Below, piece by piece: positions 48,945 to 59,707 of a DNA stretch of 64,000 nucleotides. Source of the stretch: a virus (lineage: Duplodnaviria; Caudoviricetes). The DNA is taken from IMG/VR virus record IMGVR_UViG_3300009314_000001; one strand, written 5' to 3'. The translations under genes and the position numbers were made by a program. The notes beneath the pieces were generated by a model. That model ran no database searches, had not been told where the DNA came from, and worked only from the letters and a program-made list of their open reading frames with translations. Numbering within the stretch: position 1 is the first letter of the stretch; the number at the start of each line of letters is the position of its first letter.

Positions 48945-49412
48945 ATGTCTCTAAAACTATCAACAGCCGCCAGAAACGCAGTATGTGATGCTGTAACAGC
49001 CAAATTAACTGCCGGTAGTTTTGGGCCATATCCAGGAGCTGTCATAACTGTTTATACCGGAACTAGACCAGCCAGCCCAGATAATTCTCCAGCTGGTGGT
49101 ACAGTTGGTGTAGCTAGCTTTGCCCTAGGTAATAGTCCAGGATTTGACCCAGCAGTAGGTGGTGTTGCACAAAGTAATGATCCATCCTATGGTCCTCCTT
49201 ATGAGGACGAAAACTCACAATCGGGGACAGCAGTATGGTTTAGGATGACTAATAGAGAAACTGCATTAGGAGTGGCCTTAATAGATGGTAGTGTAGGTGT
49301 TCTAGGTAGCGGAGCAGATCTAGAATTTGATAGTATAGTATTTAATGGAAGCATTGGTGCTCCAACCCGAAGTACTCTTACCAGTTTCTTTATTAGCGTT
49401 TATGCACCATGA
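48945..49412 (+). CDS. Tail-fibre-associated small structural protein (paralog A)
   Basis: LSTAARNA..D, VYTGTRPASPD, GTAVWFR, DGSVG..GSGADLEF. Confidence 0.6.
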   Translation: MSLKLSTAARNAVCDAVTAKLTAGSFGPYPGAVITVYTGTRPASPDNSPAGGTVGVASFALGNSPGFDPAVGGVAQSNDPSYGPPYEDENSQSGTAVWFRMTNRETALGVALIDGSVGVLGSGADLEFDSIVFNGSIGAPTRSTLTSFFISVYAP

Positions 49413-49822
49413 CAACAACCGTCGCTGAAGCACTGAAAAACATAATGATCGATACCTTGGTCGATCTAGTTGACCAAGGTACTATATCTGTCGTAGGCGG
49501 ACATATTAAATTCTATACAGGAACAAGACCGGCAAGTCCAGATAATGCACCAACAGGTACATTCCTAGCTCAAAAACAATTAGTAAACCCAGCATTCCAA
49601 GATGCTTCTGGTGGCTCATCAACAGCCAACGCTATAGGATCATTTGCAACATGGGCCACAGGAACAGTAACGTGGTTTAGGATAGTAGATCGCGACGATA
49701 ATGCTATCATGGATGGTACATGTGGGATAACAGGTAGCGGTGCAGATATAGAATTCAACACAGTAGATTGGACTTTTCCAGGCACTGTCGAAATCACCAG
49801 TTTAAGAATTTATCACCCATAA
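49409..49822 (+). CDS. Tail-fibre-associated small structural protein (paralog B)
   Basis: FYTGTRPASPD, GTVTWFR, DGTCG..GSGADIEF; clear paralog of the previous gene. Confidence 0.6.
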   Translation: MTTTVAEALKNIMIDTLVDLVDQGTISVVGGHIKFYTGTRPASPDNAPTGTFLAQKQLVNPAFQDASGGSSTANAIGSFATWATGTVTWFRIVDRDDNAIMDGTCGITGSGADIEFNTVDWTFPGTVEITSLRIYHP

Positions 49823-52797
49823 TGTCTAGACCACAAATCGACTACATCTACGAAGAAATTTATGGTACCGCCGCACAAGGTAGTGTTACTTATGGTGACA
49901 CGTATAGTGAGAATCTCATAACTATCCCGACTGGATCATTCACTCCTGGATACTGGTTGGCTCTCCTAGGATATGAGATGGTTGGGATGGGGAGTCTCCA
50001 TAATCCTAGTGCGGATTTTACTACATTTCAAATGGATGGTACTCCCATCCCATCGGGAGGTACATTAGCTCATGATTGGACCGGTACATGGAGCCGACCT
50101 ATTTGGGACATGCACCAACCAATACAGTCTTTTGGAACACATACAGGCTGGTTAGATGCGACTGATGAATATTCGGTTGGTTTTATAGCCCAAAGAGATT
50201 ACCTCATAAGAAATGTAAGATTATTCCTTATGAGGATTTCTGAAGAAGGTAGTATTACCAATCTACCTTTTTATCTCGGTGGTGCATCTACACCAGTTTC
50301 GATGTTCTCAATATTCACCGAGATGCCCTCAAATACCTCTTCTCACTTCAGCGGTTCTAACGCTGCATTTACAATCGCAAATCCTCAACTTAGCGGAGGA
50401 CTAGGTGATAGATGTCTTGCAATCGGAACTGTTTGTGTAAGGTCTTCAGGTGTAAATTGGCCTGGGCCTATGGAATTTTGGATGGAACACTATTATGATA
50501 CTATTACTATAAACGCCAGTAACTCTCTAATTATTCCGCGCATGCATATGCCACCAAACGATGTTGGCAAATCAAGTTCTGAACAGCGATGTTATACTTT
50601 CATATTCCCATTCGATGCCGTTATGTCAACCATATCAATGCGAATGAATTATGAATATCCAGCAGGTGGATGGGGTGGGATGGCACATGTCGACAGCACT
50701 TATGAAGTAGGATTCAGAATCCAACTCTTGAATTTAGAAGGATTTTATGATCATACAACAGGTAGAGATACTTTAAGCGGTGCTTGGCCAACAGGTGCTT
50801 GGGGAGTAGGATGGCTTAGTGGCGGTAGTCAAGCCGATACTGTAGCAGATACATCAGAAGCCCCTGCTCTAACCCTTTTGAACACAACTCAAAACCTCGG
50901 TGGCCCAAGCCCATTAACATATCCACTACAAAACCAAAGGATCAAGACGGACATAAGAACTTATGATGCCACAGACCCAATCACACCAGAACCTGAATCA
51001 GATCACAAGGGTATACATGAATGGCACACTCTTGATGCATTTACTGCAGCAAATGGATGGAGCGACCCTGGAGTTACAGCTGATCTAAGACCAATGAATG
51101 AGGTGCTTGCAGGATCTAGAATACCAATAAATCATATGGTAATAATGCCAGAGGGAGGACCAAGCACATATAATAGCCAACTCAGGCCAATGAGTACTTC
51201 TCCAGACCCAGTACAAACAAGGCCTGGAACAACAGATGTTAGAACATGGGCCTCGTTTACATTATCAGACAATAGAGAATATCATACAGGTGCTGGTGGC
51301 GGAATAATCACTCTATTCAAGGGAGAAGGTGATGGTATAGCAGAGGTAGAAGCTACTATAGATCACACCACAGATGCTCTATTACAAGCGGAAATAAGTG
51401 TCACACATACTACTGATGCGAGATTATTATTACCAGCTACAGTACTACATGAACAAACAACTGACGCTCTATTACAAGCAGAAATAAGTATCACATATAC
51501 TACTGACGCTTTATTAGCCGAAGAAGTCTCTATAACCCACACGACCGAAGCAGAATTGTTTGAGGTATTAGCTGTAACTCATACTACAGATCTGTTATTA
51601 TTTGAATCTGATATCCCACAGGACCACACAACAAACGCTCTATTATGGGCAGAACAAACCCTTACTCACACTACAGATGCTGAAATAAAATTCCAATACG
51701 ATATTGACCACACTACCGATTCTCGCGTCTTTGGAGCATTAAAGCATAGTTCTGATGCTTCTGTATTATGTGTTGGAACTGCTATTAGCCATACTACTGA
51801 TTGTTGGGCAGCGGTAGCAGTTGAACAGACATATGATCACACAACCGATGCTCTATTATGGTCAGAGGGTAGTCTAGCTCATACTACCGATGCCGCTATA
51901 TGGGCCTTAGAAGAATTAAGTCACACAACAGATTTATTAATATACCGATCACACAGAAAGTCATATACTACTGATGCATCGATGCAAGAAATTAACATTG
52001 TATTGTCACATACTACTGATGCATTTATTGGCAATGTAGTAGGACACCATACAAACGCATTATTGAAAGAAGAAGTACAAATAACTCACACTACAGATTC
52101 AATATTATCTGAGCAACATGACATAACTCATACCACTGACACATTATTGGCAATTCAAAGAGGTGCAGCCCATACCACCGATGCAATCCTCGCAGAAGAA
52201 CACCAAATAACCCATACCACAGACGCAATCTTGGCAGAAGAACACGATCTACCATATACTACTGATGCATGGCTAACCGGATTCAAAATACAAACTACAG
52301 ATGCTAGTCTATTAGAGACTATTGAGATAGAACAAACAACGGATGCATTAATCAAACGAGAAGTCCGAATATGGCATGGTACAGATTCCGAATTGCGAGA
52401 CGAAGGAAGATTATGGCATAGTACCGATGCTCTAACATCCTGGGAAACAGATGGCGTTGGTAGTATTAATTTTGGTGATTTAGTAACTCTTCCTTCAATT
52501 GCCGCATCAGCAACAGCGTATAAATCATTATTCATTACTGGTATAGCGGAAGAAGATCATGAGACTTTCCCGCCAGATGGACATGTTGATTCAGTCTACG
52601 AAGAGAATATGAATACATTAGATGGTTGGCGACCACCAGATCAATTCGGGCGATACCCGACAGATCCCGATTATCCTAATGCAGATCCTAAACCATGTAG
52701 CCCATGCAGTGGTGGAACTAGTGGTAATATTCCACGTAAGACTATCCACCAACAATCTAGTGAAGATTGTTCTTGCGACGAAGATAGTACCGAATAG
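49822..52797 (+). CDS. Probable tail fibre / minor tail protein with HTTD repeats
   Basis: About 500-aa beta-rich N-terminal half, then about 26 repeats. Start at ATG 49822 (TAATG coupling). Confidence 0.6.
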   Translation: MSRPQIDYIYEEIYGTAAQGSVTYGDTYSENLITIPTGSFTPGYWLALLGYEMVGMGSLHNPSADFTTFQMDGTPIPSGGTLAHDWTGTWSRPIWDMHQPIQSFGTHTGWLDATDEYSVGFIAQRDYLIRNVRLFLMRISEEGSITNLPFYLGGASTPVSMFSIFTEMPSNTSSHFSGSNAAFTIANPQLSGGLGDRCLAIGTVCVRSSGVNWPGPMEFWMEHYYDTITINASNSLIIPRMHMPPNDVGKSSSEQRCYTFIFPFDAVMSTISMRMNYEYPAGGWGGMAHVDSTYEVGFRIQLLNLEGFYDHTTGRDTLSGAWPTGAWGVGWLSGGSQADTVADTSEAPALTLLNTTQNLGGPSPLTYPLQNQRIKTDIRTYDATDPITPEPESDHKGIHEWHTLDAFTAANGWSDPGVTADLRPMNEVLAGSRIPINHMVIMPEGGPSTYNSQLRPMSTSPDPVQTRPGTTDVRTWASFTLSDNREYHTGAGGGIITLFKGEGDGIAEVEATIDHTTDALLQAEISVTHTTDARLLLPATVLHEQTTDALLQAEISITYTTDALLAEEVSITHTTEAELFEVLAVTHTTDLLLFESDIPQDHTTNALLWAEQTLTHTTDAEIKFQYDIDHTTDSRVFGALKHSSDASVLCVGTAISHTTDCWAAVAVEQTYDHTTDALLWSEGSLAHTTDAAIWALEELSHTTDLLIYRSHRKSYTTDASMQEINIVLSHTTDAFIGNVVGHHTNALLKEEVQITHTTDSILSEQHDITHTTDTLLAIQRGAAHTTDAILAEEHQITHTTDAILAEEHDLPYTTDAWLTGFKIQTTDASLLETIEIEQTTDALIKREVRIWHGTDSELRDEGRLWHSTDALTSWETDGVGSINFGDLVTLPSIAASATAYKSLFITGIAEEDHETFPPDGHVDSVYEENMNTLDGWRPPDQFGRYPTDPDYPNADPKPCSPCSGGTSGNIPRKTIHQQSSEDCSCDEDSTE
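51360..52440 (+). repeat. About 26 copies of a ~14-aa xHTTDAxLxxExxx coding repeat
   Basis: Counted in the translation from DHTTDALL to WHSTDALT. Boundaries approximate. Confidence 0.9.
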
Positions 52798-52807
52798 TTC
52801 GGTAATG

Positions 52808-53242
52808 CTATTTTCTAATAAGAGCAATAATGTTTAATAATAGGTTATCTCTAATAAATATGTATAGTGCCGTTTCGATAACGATGATCGCTATAATACT
52901 CCAATAGAATGGTACATTTGTTGCGAATATCCATCCTAGAGAGCATATCACTAAATCAGATATAGAATTTACTATAGCATCACCAGCATACGTTGGATGG
53001 CCTTTCCTTCTATATTTCTTAATAATATATTGCGTATTTTCAATTATCTCCCATACAAATTCAGCTCCGAGAGCTATTACCCATGGTAAACCTATAAGGC
53101 TAAAAATCACTCCGTGAAGGAAATGAGACCATGTATAAAAATCGACTATTCCGCCGCTGTTTAAATGAGGAGCGTACCATGCTCTGCCCATCAGACGGAG
53201 TATGATCACTAATAAAACGATATAGACAAATAATACCACCAT
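52808..53242 (-). CDS. DUF2585/UPF0314-like membrane protein
   Basis: DFYTWSHFLHG, EFVWEIIENT, YAGDAIVNSISD. Start likely ATG 53242. Confidence 0.7.
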   Translation of the reverse strand: MVVLFVYIVLLVIILRLMGRAWYAPHLNSGGIVDFYTWSHFLHGVIFSLIGLPWVIALGAEFVWEIIENTQYIIKKYRRKGHPTYAGDAIVNSISDLVICSLGWIFATNVPFYWSIIAIIVIETALYIFIRDNLLLNIIALIRK

Positions 53243-53256
53243 ATTTATACATAGAA

Positions 53257-53286
53257 ATGGCCCGACGAGCAACCTCGCCGGGCCAT
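53257..53286 (-). terminator. Rho-independent terminator
   Basis: ATGGCCCG..CGGGCCAT stem followed by TTCT on the minus strand. Confidence 0.6.
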
Positions 53287-53327
53287 ATCCGCCGCGTAAT
53301 TCAGACCGAATCCCAAATCATTCGAGA

Positions 53328-53726
53328 TTACAGGTCTGGTGTTAGGTCCCGTGCGTCCTGATGCAGGTCGCCAGTAAGGCCTGCCACGGTGTTGGTCAGG
53401 AACTTGTCGTGACCGATTTGGAAAGCGAAGTCCACAGCAGAAATGTTCGCTTGGGCATTCGCGAAGGACACCTGATCCACCAAGCCGATGACAATCGGGA
53501 ATCCACGCGTTGCGTTGTGCCGTGCTTCGCCCATATATGGGCTGAAGTCGGCCGTGGTCGTGTCGCGGGCCTTTACCTCAACCAGGATTTCGTTCGCCGG
53601 AATACTCATGACCAGCGGACGAAGTCGCTTGATCAAGGCCGCGACCGACTCGTGACGGTGCATCTGCCGGAAAGATCTGATCCTCCGGAATACCGTAATG
53701 TCGGTATTAGCTGGTTGTGCAGCCAT
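53328..53726 (-). CDS. Hypothetical protein (stand-alone transcription unit)
   Basis: GC-rich codons, GGAGG RBS, CAAATATA upstream and a terminator downstream. Confidence 0.7.
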   Translation of the reverse strand: MAAQPANTDITVFRRIRSFRQMHRHESVAALIKRLRPLVMSIPANEILVEVKARDTTTADFSPYMGEARHNATRGFPIVIGLVDQVSFANAQANISAVDFAFQIGHDKFLTNTVAGLTGDLHQDARDLTPDL

Positions 53727-53771
53727 GAGTGTTGGCCTCCATTTTACCTTGAGTTAGTAACCATTACAATT

Positions 53772-53779
53772 TATATTTG
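53772..53779 (-). promoter_or_regulatory. Putative late promoter motif CAAATATA
   Basis: Intergenic, upstream of the 53726 ATG. Confidence 0.45.
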
Positions 53780-53812
53780 CTGAGAGAAGCAACTGCTTCA
53801 ATTACATATTGA

Positions 53813-54572
53813 TCAATACGATCCACTAAAAATTTTCCGCCTAACAGTAAACGGTCTCCAGGTCTGTCTGGCCTGGGGTTGAACTCTTTTAAAACGTGGC
53901 AGATTCTCCGCATTATATTTATTATTTATATTAGTCACTCTATGGTTATGTACATTATCATGAATAGTAATCAAATCCTCAGAACCAATATCCCTTAAAG
54001 AACAAGAGGCAATGTTATGGGAATTCACCAAGTGATTCCTAAGATCTCCTGACCAACCCCATGTGCTACCAGGTAATCTAGTGATTGGTGGCAACTTCGC
54101 AAGATCTTTAGATTTCAAATGCTCAACTATTTCCTCATAACCAAGATAATTAGTCCTGAACCAACCACGACTCGTTTTCGTATAAACAACAAGCTGCGGA
54201 ACTATCATCTTCTTTACAAGATCACCAATCTTGATAGAGTGTTTCTTATCGATCCGCAATTCTGAAACATGCGATAAATCATTCAGATCATCAAAATATT
54301 TCTCTTTTAGTCTATCACAAGGTATACAATTCGGGCCAGTCAACAATATATGGATAGGCTTCCCAGATTCCATCGCCGCAGCTCTAGCAACAGCATAATC
54401 AGATGGCAATTCCTTCTTTTCAGCAGTTAAACTCCAAGGATCTTTAAGACTCCATATAGATGTTGTAGTAACCAAAACTCCATATAGATGTTGTAGTAAC
54501 CAAACTCCACTCGTTACCGTACCCAACACCTATGACAAGGACGAATACGATAGAAAATATTACACCTCTCAT
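53813..54572 (-). pseudogene. Exported thioredoxin-fold protein, frameshifted by a 28-bp duplication
   Basis: ATG 54572 encodes the signal peptide MRGVIFSIVFVLVIGVGYG. Removing one repeat joins it in frame to GKPIHILLTGPNCIPCDRLK (CxxC). Confidence 0.7.
54449..54504. repeat. Exact 28-bp tandem duplication
   Basis: actccatatagatgttgtagtaaccaaa x2. Confidence 0.95.
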
Positions 54573-54576
54573 CTCC

Positions 54577-55554
54577 TTACCCTTTATTAATAGGGTTCTC
54601 CAAGTCTAGATCCATGGTTACCATCATCCGGATGAGTTCTTTAAAGCTTATTTCGGGCTCCCATCCGAGCTCCTTCTTAGCCTTACTAGGATTTGAATGC
54701 AATAAATTAACGTCAGCAGGCCTCAAAAATTTCGGATCAATCTCCACATATTCTTCATAATCCAGCCCAACACACTCGAATGCTAATTGGGCTAATTCTC
54801 GTACGCTATGTGTTTCACCGGAACCAATCACAAAATCCCCAGGCTCATCTTGTTGGAGCATCAACCACATAGCCCTAACATAATCCTTAGCATGGCCCCA
54901 ATCCCTCTTAGCATCCATATTACCAAGATATAACTTATCCTGCAACCCTAATGAAATCCTGGCAGCAGCTCTAGTGACTTTCCGTGTCACAAATTCATAT
55001 CCGCGTCTTTCAGATTCATGATTGAATAATATACCATTACTGCAGAACATATCATAGCTCTGCCTATAATTTATAGTAGTCCAATATGCTGCCAACTTCG
55101 CAATAGCATATGGACTCCTCGGTCTAAATGGAGTATTCTCATCTTGTGGCGTCTCCGCTACATCTCCGTATAATTCACTACTACTGGCCTGATAAAACCG
55201 CACATTCTTATCAACAAGTCGTATGGCTTCCAAGACCTTGAAAACACCTAAAGAATTGATACCAACAGTAGTGATAGGGTGATTCCAACTAGCGGGAACA
55301 AATGATTGTGCTGCCAAGTTATACACTTCGTGGGGACGTATTTTATCGATCAATTTCATAACCGAAGATTGATCAGTAATATCCCCAAAATGCATAGTGA
55401 TTGAGTCAAGTATATGATTTATCCTAGCAGTATTCGGCGTACTAACACGCCTTGATGCACCATGTACATCGTAATCCTTTTCTAGTAAGAATTCCGCAAG
55501 GAATGATCCATCTTGACCAGTAATACCTAGAATCAATGCGCGTTTCTCAGACAT
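54577..55554 (-). CDS. gmd: GDP-mannose 4,6-dehydratase
   Basis: [65 protein letters not shown]. Start ATG 55554 after GGAGGAG. Confidence 0.95.
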   Translation of the reverse strand: MSEKRALILGITGQDGSFLAEFLLEKDYDVHGASRRVSTPNTARINHILDSITMHFGDITDQSSVMKLIDKIRPHEVYNLAAQSFVPASWNHPITTVGINSLGVFKVLEAIRLVDKNVRFYQASSSELYGDVAETPQDENTPFRPRSPYAIAKLAAYWTTINYRQSYDMFCSNGILFNHESERRGYEFVTRKVTRAAARISLGLQDKLYLGNMDAKRDWGHAKDYVRAMWLMLQQDEPGDFVIGSGETHSVRELAQLAFECVGLDYEEYVEIDPKFLRPADVNLLHSNPSKAKKELGWEPEISFKELIRMMVTMDLDLENPINKG

Positions 55555-55602
55555 AAGCTCCTCCAAAGATAGATTATGAAATATATACAACAGAGATAAA
55601 TT

Positions 55603-56094
55603 ATGCCAAGAACAGAAACAGGTTGGTCAGCATACAGGACATGGTATCATCCTGTAGAACAGATACGCGATAGTGTGCATTCTATTGCATTTGACGAAGA
55701 ACAAACGAATTGGCTTCTAGGCGATGAAGATATAGATTTTCCCGACCCACATACAGAATCTCTAGATGGCCTCGCTCCATTAATGATAGAAAATAATCTA
55801 CATGGAAAATGCATCTTAATGATACAATTCTATATTGAATCAGTCACTATAAACGATCATGAAGAACAAAACGAAGAACTAAGTAGTGCTTATCTATTAA
55901 AATTAGATGATTATGGCAACGAAGTTGCATCAGTACGCGTGCCGGAGACCATAGCAATGCCAATAGCAAAAGCATTTAAAAGAGAGATACAAGATACCCC
56001 ATACGAGATTGATCGAGAGTGGAACCACTCAGATGAGATTCAAGAGGACTCAATACCTGATATAGTTGCATCACTCATCACAGAAGATCCATAA
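55603..56094 (+). CDS. Hypothetical acidic protein
   Basis: 163 aa; CAAAGATA upstream. Confidence 0.6.
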   Translation: MPRTETGWSAYRTWYHPVEQIRDSVHSIAFDEEQTNWLLGDEDIDFPDPHTESLDGLAPLMIENNLHGKCILMIQFYIESVTINDHEEQNEELSSAYLLKLDDYGNEVASVRVPETIAMPIAKAFKREIQDTPYEIDREWNHSDEIQEDSIPDIVASLITEDP

Positions 56095-56131
56095 ATACAT
56101 CTAGCGTATTTAAAGAGTGAAACTGCAGATG

Positions 56132-56198
56132 GGTTCCGATCGTTTCGGAACCAGTCCCCGTGTTTCGATCCTAGTAACGGGGGATCGAACACGGGGAC
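56132..56198. terminator. Bidirectional terminator hairpins
   Basis: GGTTCCGA..TCGGAACC plus a long GTCCCCGTGT.TCGATCC..GGATCGA.ACACGGGGAC stem between convergent genes. Confidence 0.65.
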
Positions 56199-56202
56199 AA
56201 TT

Positions 56203-58383
56203 TTATACTTCGGCTTCGACGGCTTCTTTATCCGGCTTCTCCAGCACAACCTCTCCATCGATCGCCTTCTTAAGGTAATCTATGGAAATAATACCACAGC
56301 CGTACTTCTCAGCCTTCTTCGTTTTATTAGAACTGCTTGTTGCATCCTTCTGGACAAGAAAGTCCAATGCCTTAGACACACCAGATTTAACCGTGCCACC
56401 TAATCGTTCGATGTCACCGATATAAGCCCTAGTGCCTGTTAAGCAGAAAGACAGGCCTGTAAAAATTTTCCCTTCTGCCGGTTGAGTCATCACTCCATCA
56501 CCATCGGTGTCAACCGGTTCATCCTCCTGAGTCTCTTCTTTGATCGTGACACCAACCGACCGCAACTTCTCGATCAAGGGGCGGCACTCATCGATACCCT
56601 TCCGGATTGACTCACGAATAGTGTCACCGAATCCGGGGATCTGAAGTGTAGCCAACTTCTGATCATCAAGCCAATCATCAAGAGCATCCAATTGACCACT
56701 CGCCGTACCTCGCAAGATCTCAACACGGCGGCGACCGAGCAGATCAATTCCAAGAGATCCTAAGAAAACATGAAGAGGTAAGCACTTCTTCGATGCGATA
56801 TTCTTCACGATTTCCGAAGCTCGTGACTCGCCGATACGCACACCGCCATCAAGTTCAACATCCTTCATCTGATCAACGGCCAAGGTGTACAAATCAGCTG
56901 GGTCACCAACAAGACTATTATCCCACAGAGCCTTCAAGATCGTGTCACCGATCCCAAGGATTCCGGTACCTTTCTTCGAAGTCCCAATCCAATGATCAAT
57001 CTTGCCAAGACCCACCGCTGGGCACTGAGAACTTGAACAATATGTGATAGCACCAGTCTTGCCCCTCATAGTCCTTGTCGTAGGTTCACCACAAGTTGGG
57101 CACCGCTTCGGTTCTTCGATTTGTTGGCGTGTAACATGTTTACGAACTCGACGCGTGATTTTCGGGATAATATCACCCGCTAGGATTACCTCGACGGTAT
57201 CACCAATTGCGACGTCAAGACGATTGATCTCGTCCCAATTGTTCAAAAGGGCGTGAGTAACATTCACACCGCCGACGCGAACTTCCTCAAGCAAAGCCGT
57301 AGGAATAACAGCCCCGGTATGGCCAACCGTCAAGATCACATCTTTAAGCGTAGTTTGGCCCGAGTAGTGCGGGAACTTGATCGCTCGAGCATACTTCGGA
57401 CGCAGACGAGTCTTCTTGTCGGCAGTCACAAAGACATCTTGATGTGCAGCTTGATTCAAGCACACTACCACGCCATCGATCGCGAATGGAAGTTGTTCAC
57501 GGCCGTCAAGTGTAGCTGCATAGAATTTCTTGACGTCGTCGATCGTTTTGCACACCTTGTGAGGAACAGGTCTAAATCCCAATTGCTTCAGAAATTTGAA
57601 TTTACCTGATTCCGTAGCGAATGGGTCGCCTGGCACTCCACCGTCACCGGCTTCAACATTGAATGCGATAAATCGCATTCTCTCACTATCTTGACCATCA
57701 TCACGGCTGAAGCAACCATTACCAATAGCACGAGCATTGCTCTGGTCCTTTTCATCAATATCATCAAAGGGTTTGCCAAGGTCACGGGATCGGATCACTT
57801 TCCAATCCTCAGTATAGAGAATGGCCTCACCACGCACTTCCAAATCCAAAGCTTCCTCTAGGACTGTTGGGAGTCCTTGGAAGTTTGCACCGTTGGCGGT
57901 GATATCTTCGCCGACTGCCCCATTACCTCTCGAGGCTACCCGAACAAGTTTACCGGCCTTATAGCTGGCGCAGATACTGCCACCATCGATCTTGAGCGAT
58001 GTACAGACCTCTACAACACCATCGTCCTTGATCTTCTTGCAGACACCGGTGTACCAAGAATCGTACCCAAGGATACCGTCATCAGTATTATCGAGCGAAC
58101 CCATTGGGATAGCGTGAGTGACTTTATCACGCAGTTCGGCTTCGCTGAAGGGGGCACCAACCCGATCGATACGCTCGTCATCTGGTGCTTTTGCTTTGAG
58201 AGCCGGACGGAGGAGATCATACTCCGCATCGGTCATAATCGCTTCCGAGCCAACGCGGTAATATGCGTGGTCAGCCTTGTCGATGAGCAATTGAAGCTTG
58301 TGAACCGGCAAGCTGTTGATCGCGGCTGCAAAGCCGTCTTCGTGGTGGCGTGAAGCCTTGATGAGGTCTTGTGCTGATGCCAT
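56203..58383 (-). CDS. ligA: NAD-dependent DNA ligase
   Basis: SLKIDG (KxDG), EVRGE, IDGVV, LAGDIIPK, CPTC..C....C Zn finger, HhH and BRCT (FCLTG..VKSGVSKALDFLV). Confidence 0.95.
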   Translation of the reverse strand: MASAQDLIKASRHHEDGFAAAINSLPVHKLQLLIDKADHAYYRVGSEAIMTDAEYDLLRPALKAKAPDDERIDRVGAPFSEAELRDKVTHAIPMGSLDNTDDGILGYDSWYTGVCKKIKDDGVVEVCTSLKIDGGSICASYKAGKLVRVASRGNGAVGEDITANGANFQGLPTVLEEALDLEVRGEAILYTEDWKVIRSRDLGKPFDDIDEKDQSNARAIGNGCFSRDDGQDSERMRFIAFNVEAGDGGVPGDPFATESGKFKFLKQLGFRPVPHKVCKTIDDVKKFYAATLDGREQLPFAIDGVVVCLNQAAHQDVFVTADKKTRLRPKYARAIKFPHYSGQTTLKDVILTVGHTGAVIPTALLEEVRVGGVNVTHALLNNWDEINRLDVAIGDTVEVILAGDIIPKITRRVRKHVTRQQIEEPKRCPTCGEPTTRTMRGKTGAITYCSSSQCPAVGLGKIDHWIGTSKKGTGILGIGDTILKALWDNSLVGDPADLYTLAVDQMKDVELDGGVRIGESRASEIVKNIASKKCLPLHVFLGSLGIDLLGRRRVEILRGTASGQLDALDDWLDDQKLATLQIPGFGDTIRESIRKGIDECRPLIEKLRSVGVTIKEETQEDEPVDTDGDGVMTQPAEGKIFTGLSFCLTGTRAYIGDIERLGGTVKSGVSKALDFLVQKDATSSSNKTKKAEKYGCGIISIDYLKKAIDGEVVLEKPDKEAVEAEV

Positions 58384-58453
58384 TTTGGACTCCCTATTTG
58401 CGTTTTAAATACCTTCCAAGATATTGTTACAAATAGGGGTATGGCAGTTAAAT

Positions 58454-59707
58454 TCATTCGGTAGATTGGGCTTCCCTTTTCCTTCTCCTCCTCGCCCTTC
58501 TCGTTTCTGTATTCACATCCTCCCCATTACTCCGTTTCCCAATAAGCTTATTCAACCATCGAACAAAAGCATAGACACACCACAGACCAGCTGTCATAAG
58601 TGCATAATATACACTTTCTGGCCATTCAGACGGTTTACCACCATCCCTGATCAATACCGCCGCAGGATGTAGTGGATATTTCAATTCTCCTTCCTCGGGT
58701 TTATTAGGAACGTTGGCCCACTGTATCTCCGGGATTCTATGTTGAAGAGCTCGTTGGCATACACCGGCTAAGTAAAATGCATCTCTATCACTCATAGCAG
58801 AAGAGCATACTAGGACACGGCGTGAACCAAATACATCGATCTTTGTTGGACAGAAATCACCATGAACATAAGAATTAGCTTCAAATGTATCAGGTAATAA
58901 TTGTTCATAACTTCTAATTATCGCATCACGATCATTATCTAAACCAACTAAGCGACATGTGTCATCCTTAACAATGCTCTCTATTATCGGGGCATGTTGT
59001 GGACCACCATAAAATGCTACATCAACAAACCCTCTATGTAATGCCGATCGCATTTCATGCCAATCAGCAATACCATGAGCAGAATGTTGTCCTGGATTAA
59101 GACCGTAATGTTCTAGCACATATTCAGCACATCTACGGGTACCACTATCATATGGCCCGAGAAATATCCTACCATGTTCTAGCTTCGGAGCAATGTCTTT
59201 AAACAATATCGTGTTATTAGAGGTACCAATCGTATTTCTAGTCAGAAAGTCTCTAGTCACCAAGATATGTAAACAATTACGATCTAATGGTAATAGAATT
59301 CTGATATGCTTTGACTCGCCGAAACCATCATGTGTAAATCCAATAACTCTACCAGTATTGTCCTTACTAACACTTTCTCGATTTTCTTCGTAACCATCAG
59401 TGCCTATTGGGTCCAAAATATATTGTGTCACCCAGAATTTCCATGGTGAAGCTGATTGAGTTTCCATATATTCTGAGATCTCATGTACTAACGCTTCTGT
59501 AGATCCACCACTAGGACCAACAAGAACATCTATCTTTCTGGTACTAATATAATCACGATAATGTGAAGCACTTATCACTAGGATAAGCATGAATATCATA
59601 CAGAACAATAACGGTATAGCATTCTCACTAATAAACCCAAATATCCATTTTAATATATGATATAGAAGAGAGCCAATCTGGTTTGGTAAATCGCTGAATC
59701 GTTCCAT
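58454..59707 (-). CDS. TAXI-family TRAP solute-binding-like membrane protein
   Basis: LLPLDRNCLHILV, LGPYDSGTR, VDVAFYGG, YPLHPAA. N- and C-terminal TM segments. Confidence 0.7.
   Translation of the reverse strand: MERFSDLPNQIGSLLYHILKWIFGFISENAIPLLFCMIFMLILVISASHYRDYISTRKIDVLVGPSGGSTEALVHEISEYMETQSASPWKFWVTQYILDPIGTDGYEENRESVSKDNTGRVIGFTHDGFGESKHIRILLPLDRNCLHILVTRDFLTRNTIGTSNNTILFKDIAPKLEHGRIFLGPYDSGTRRCAEYVLEHYGLNPGQHSAHGIADWHEMRSALHRGFVDVAFYGGPQHAPIIESIVKDDTCRLVGLDNDRDAIIRSYEQLLPDTFEANSYVHGDFCPTKIDVFGSRRVLVCSSAMSDRDAFYLAGVCQRALQHRIPEIQWANVPNKPEEGELKYPLHPAAVLIRDGGKPSEWPESVYYALMTAGLWCVYAFVRWLNKLIGKRSNGEDVNTETRRARRRRKREAQSTE

Noticed and set aside
54449-54504. CRISPR array (also considered for 30835-30872 and 51360-52440)
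   Set aside because: The repeats are adjacent with no spacers, or are degenerate coding repeats. No cas genes.
56203-58383. Recent horizontal transfer of ligA because of higher GC
   Set aside because: The sheath and other core genes look similarly GC-richer. There are no flanking repeats or integrase.
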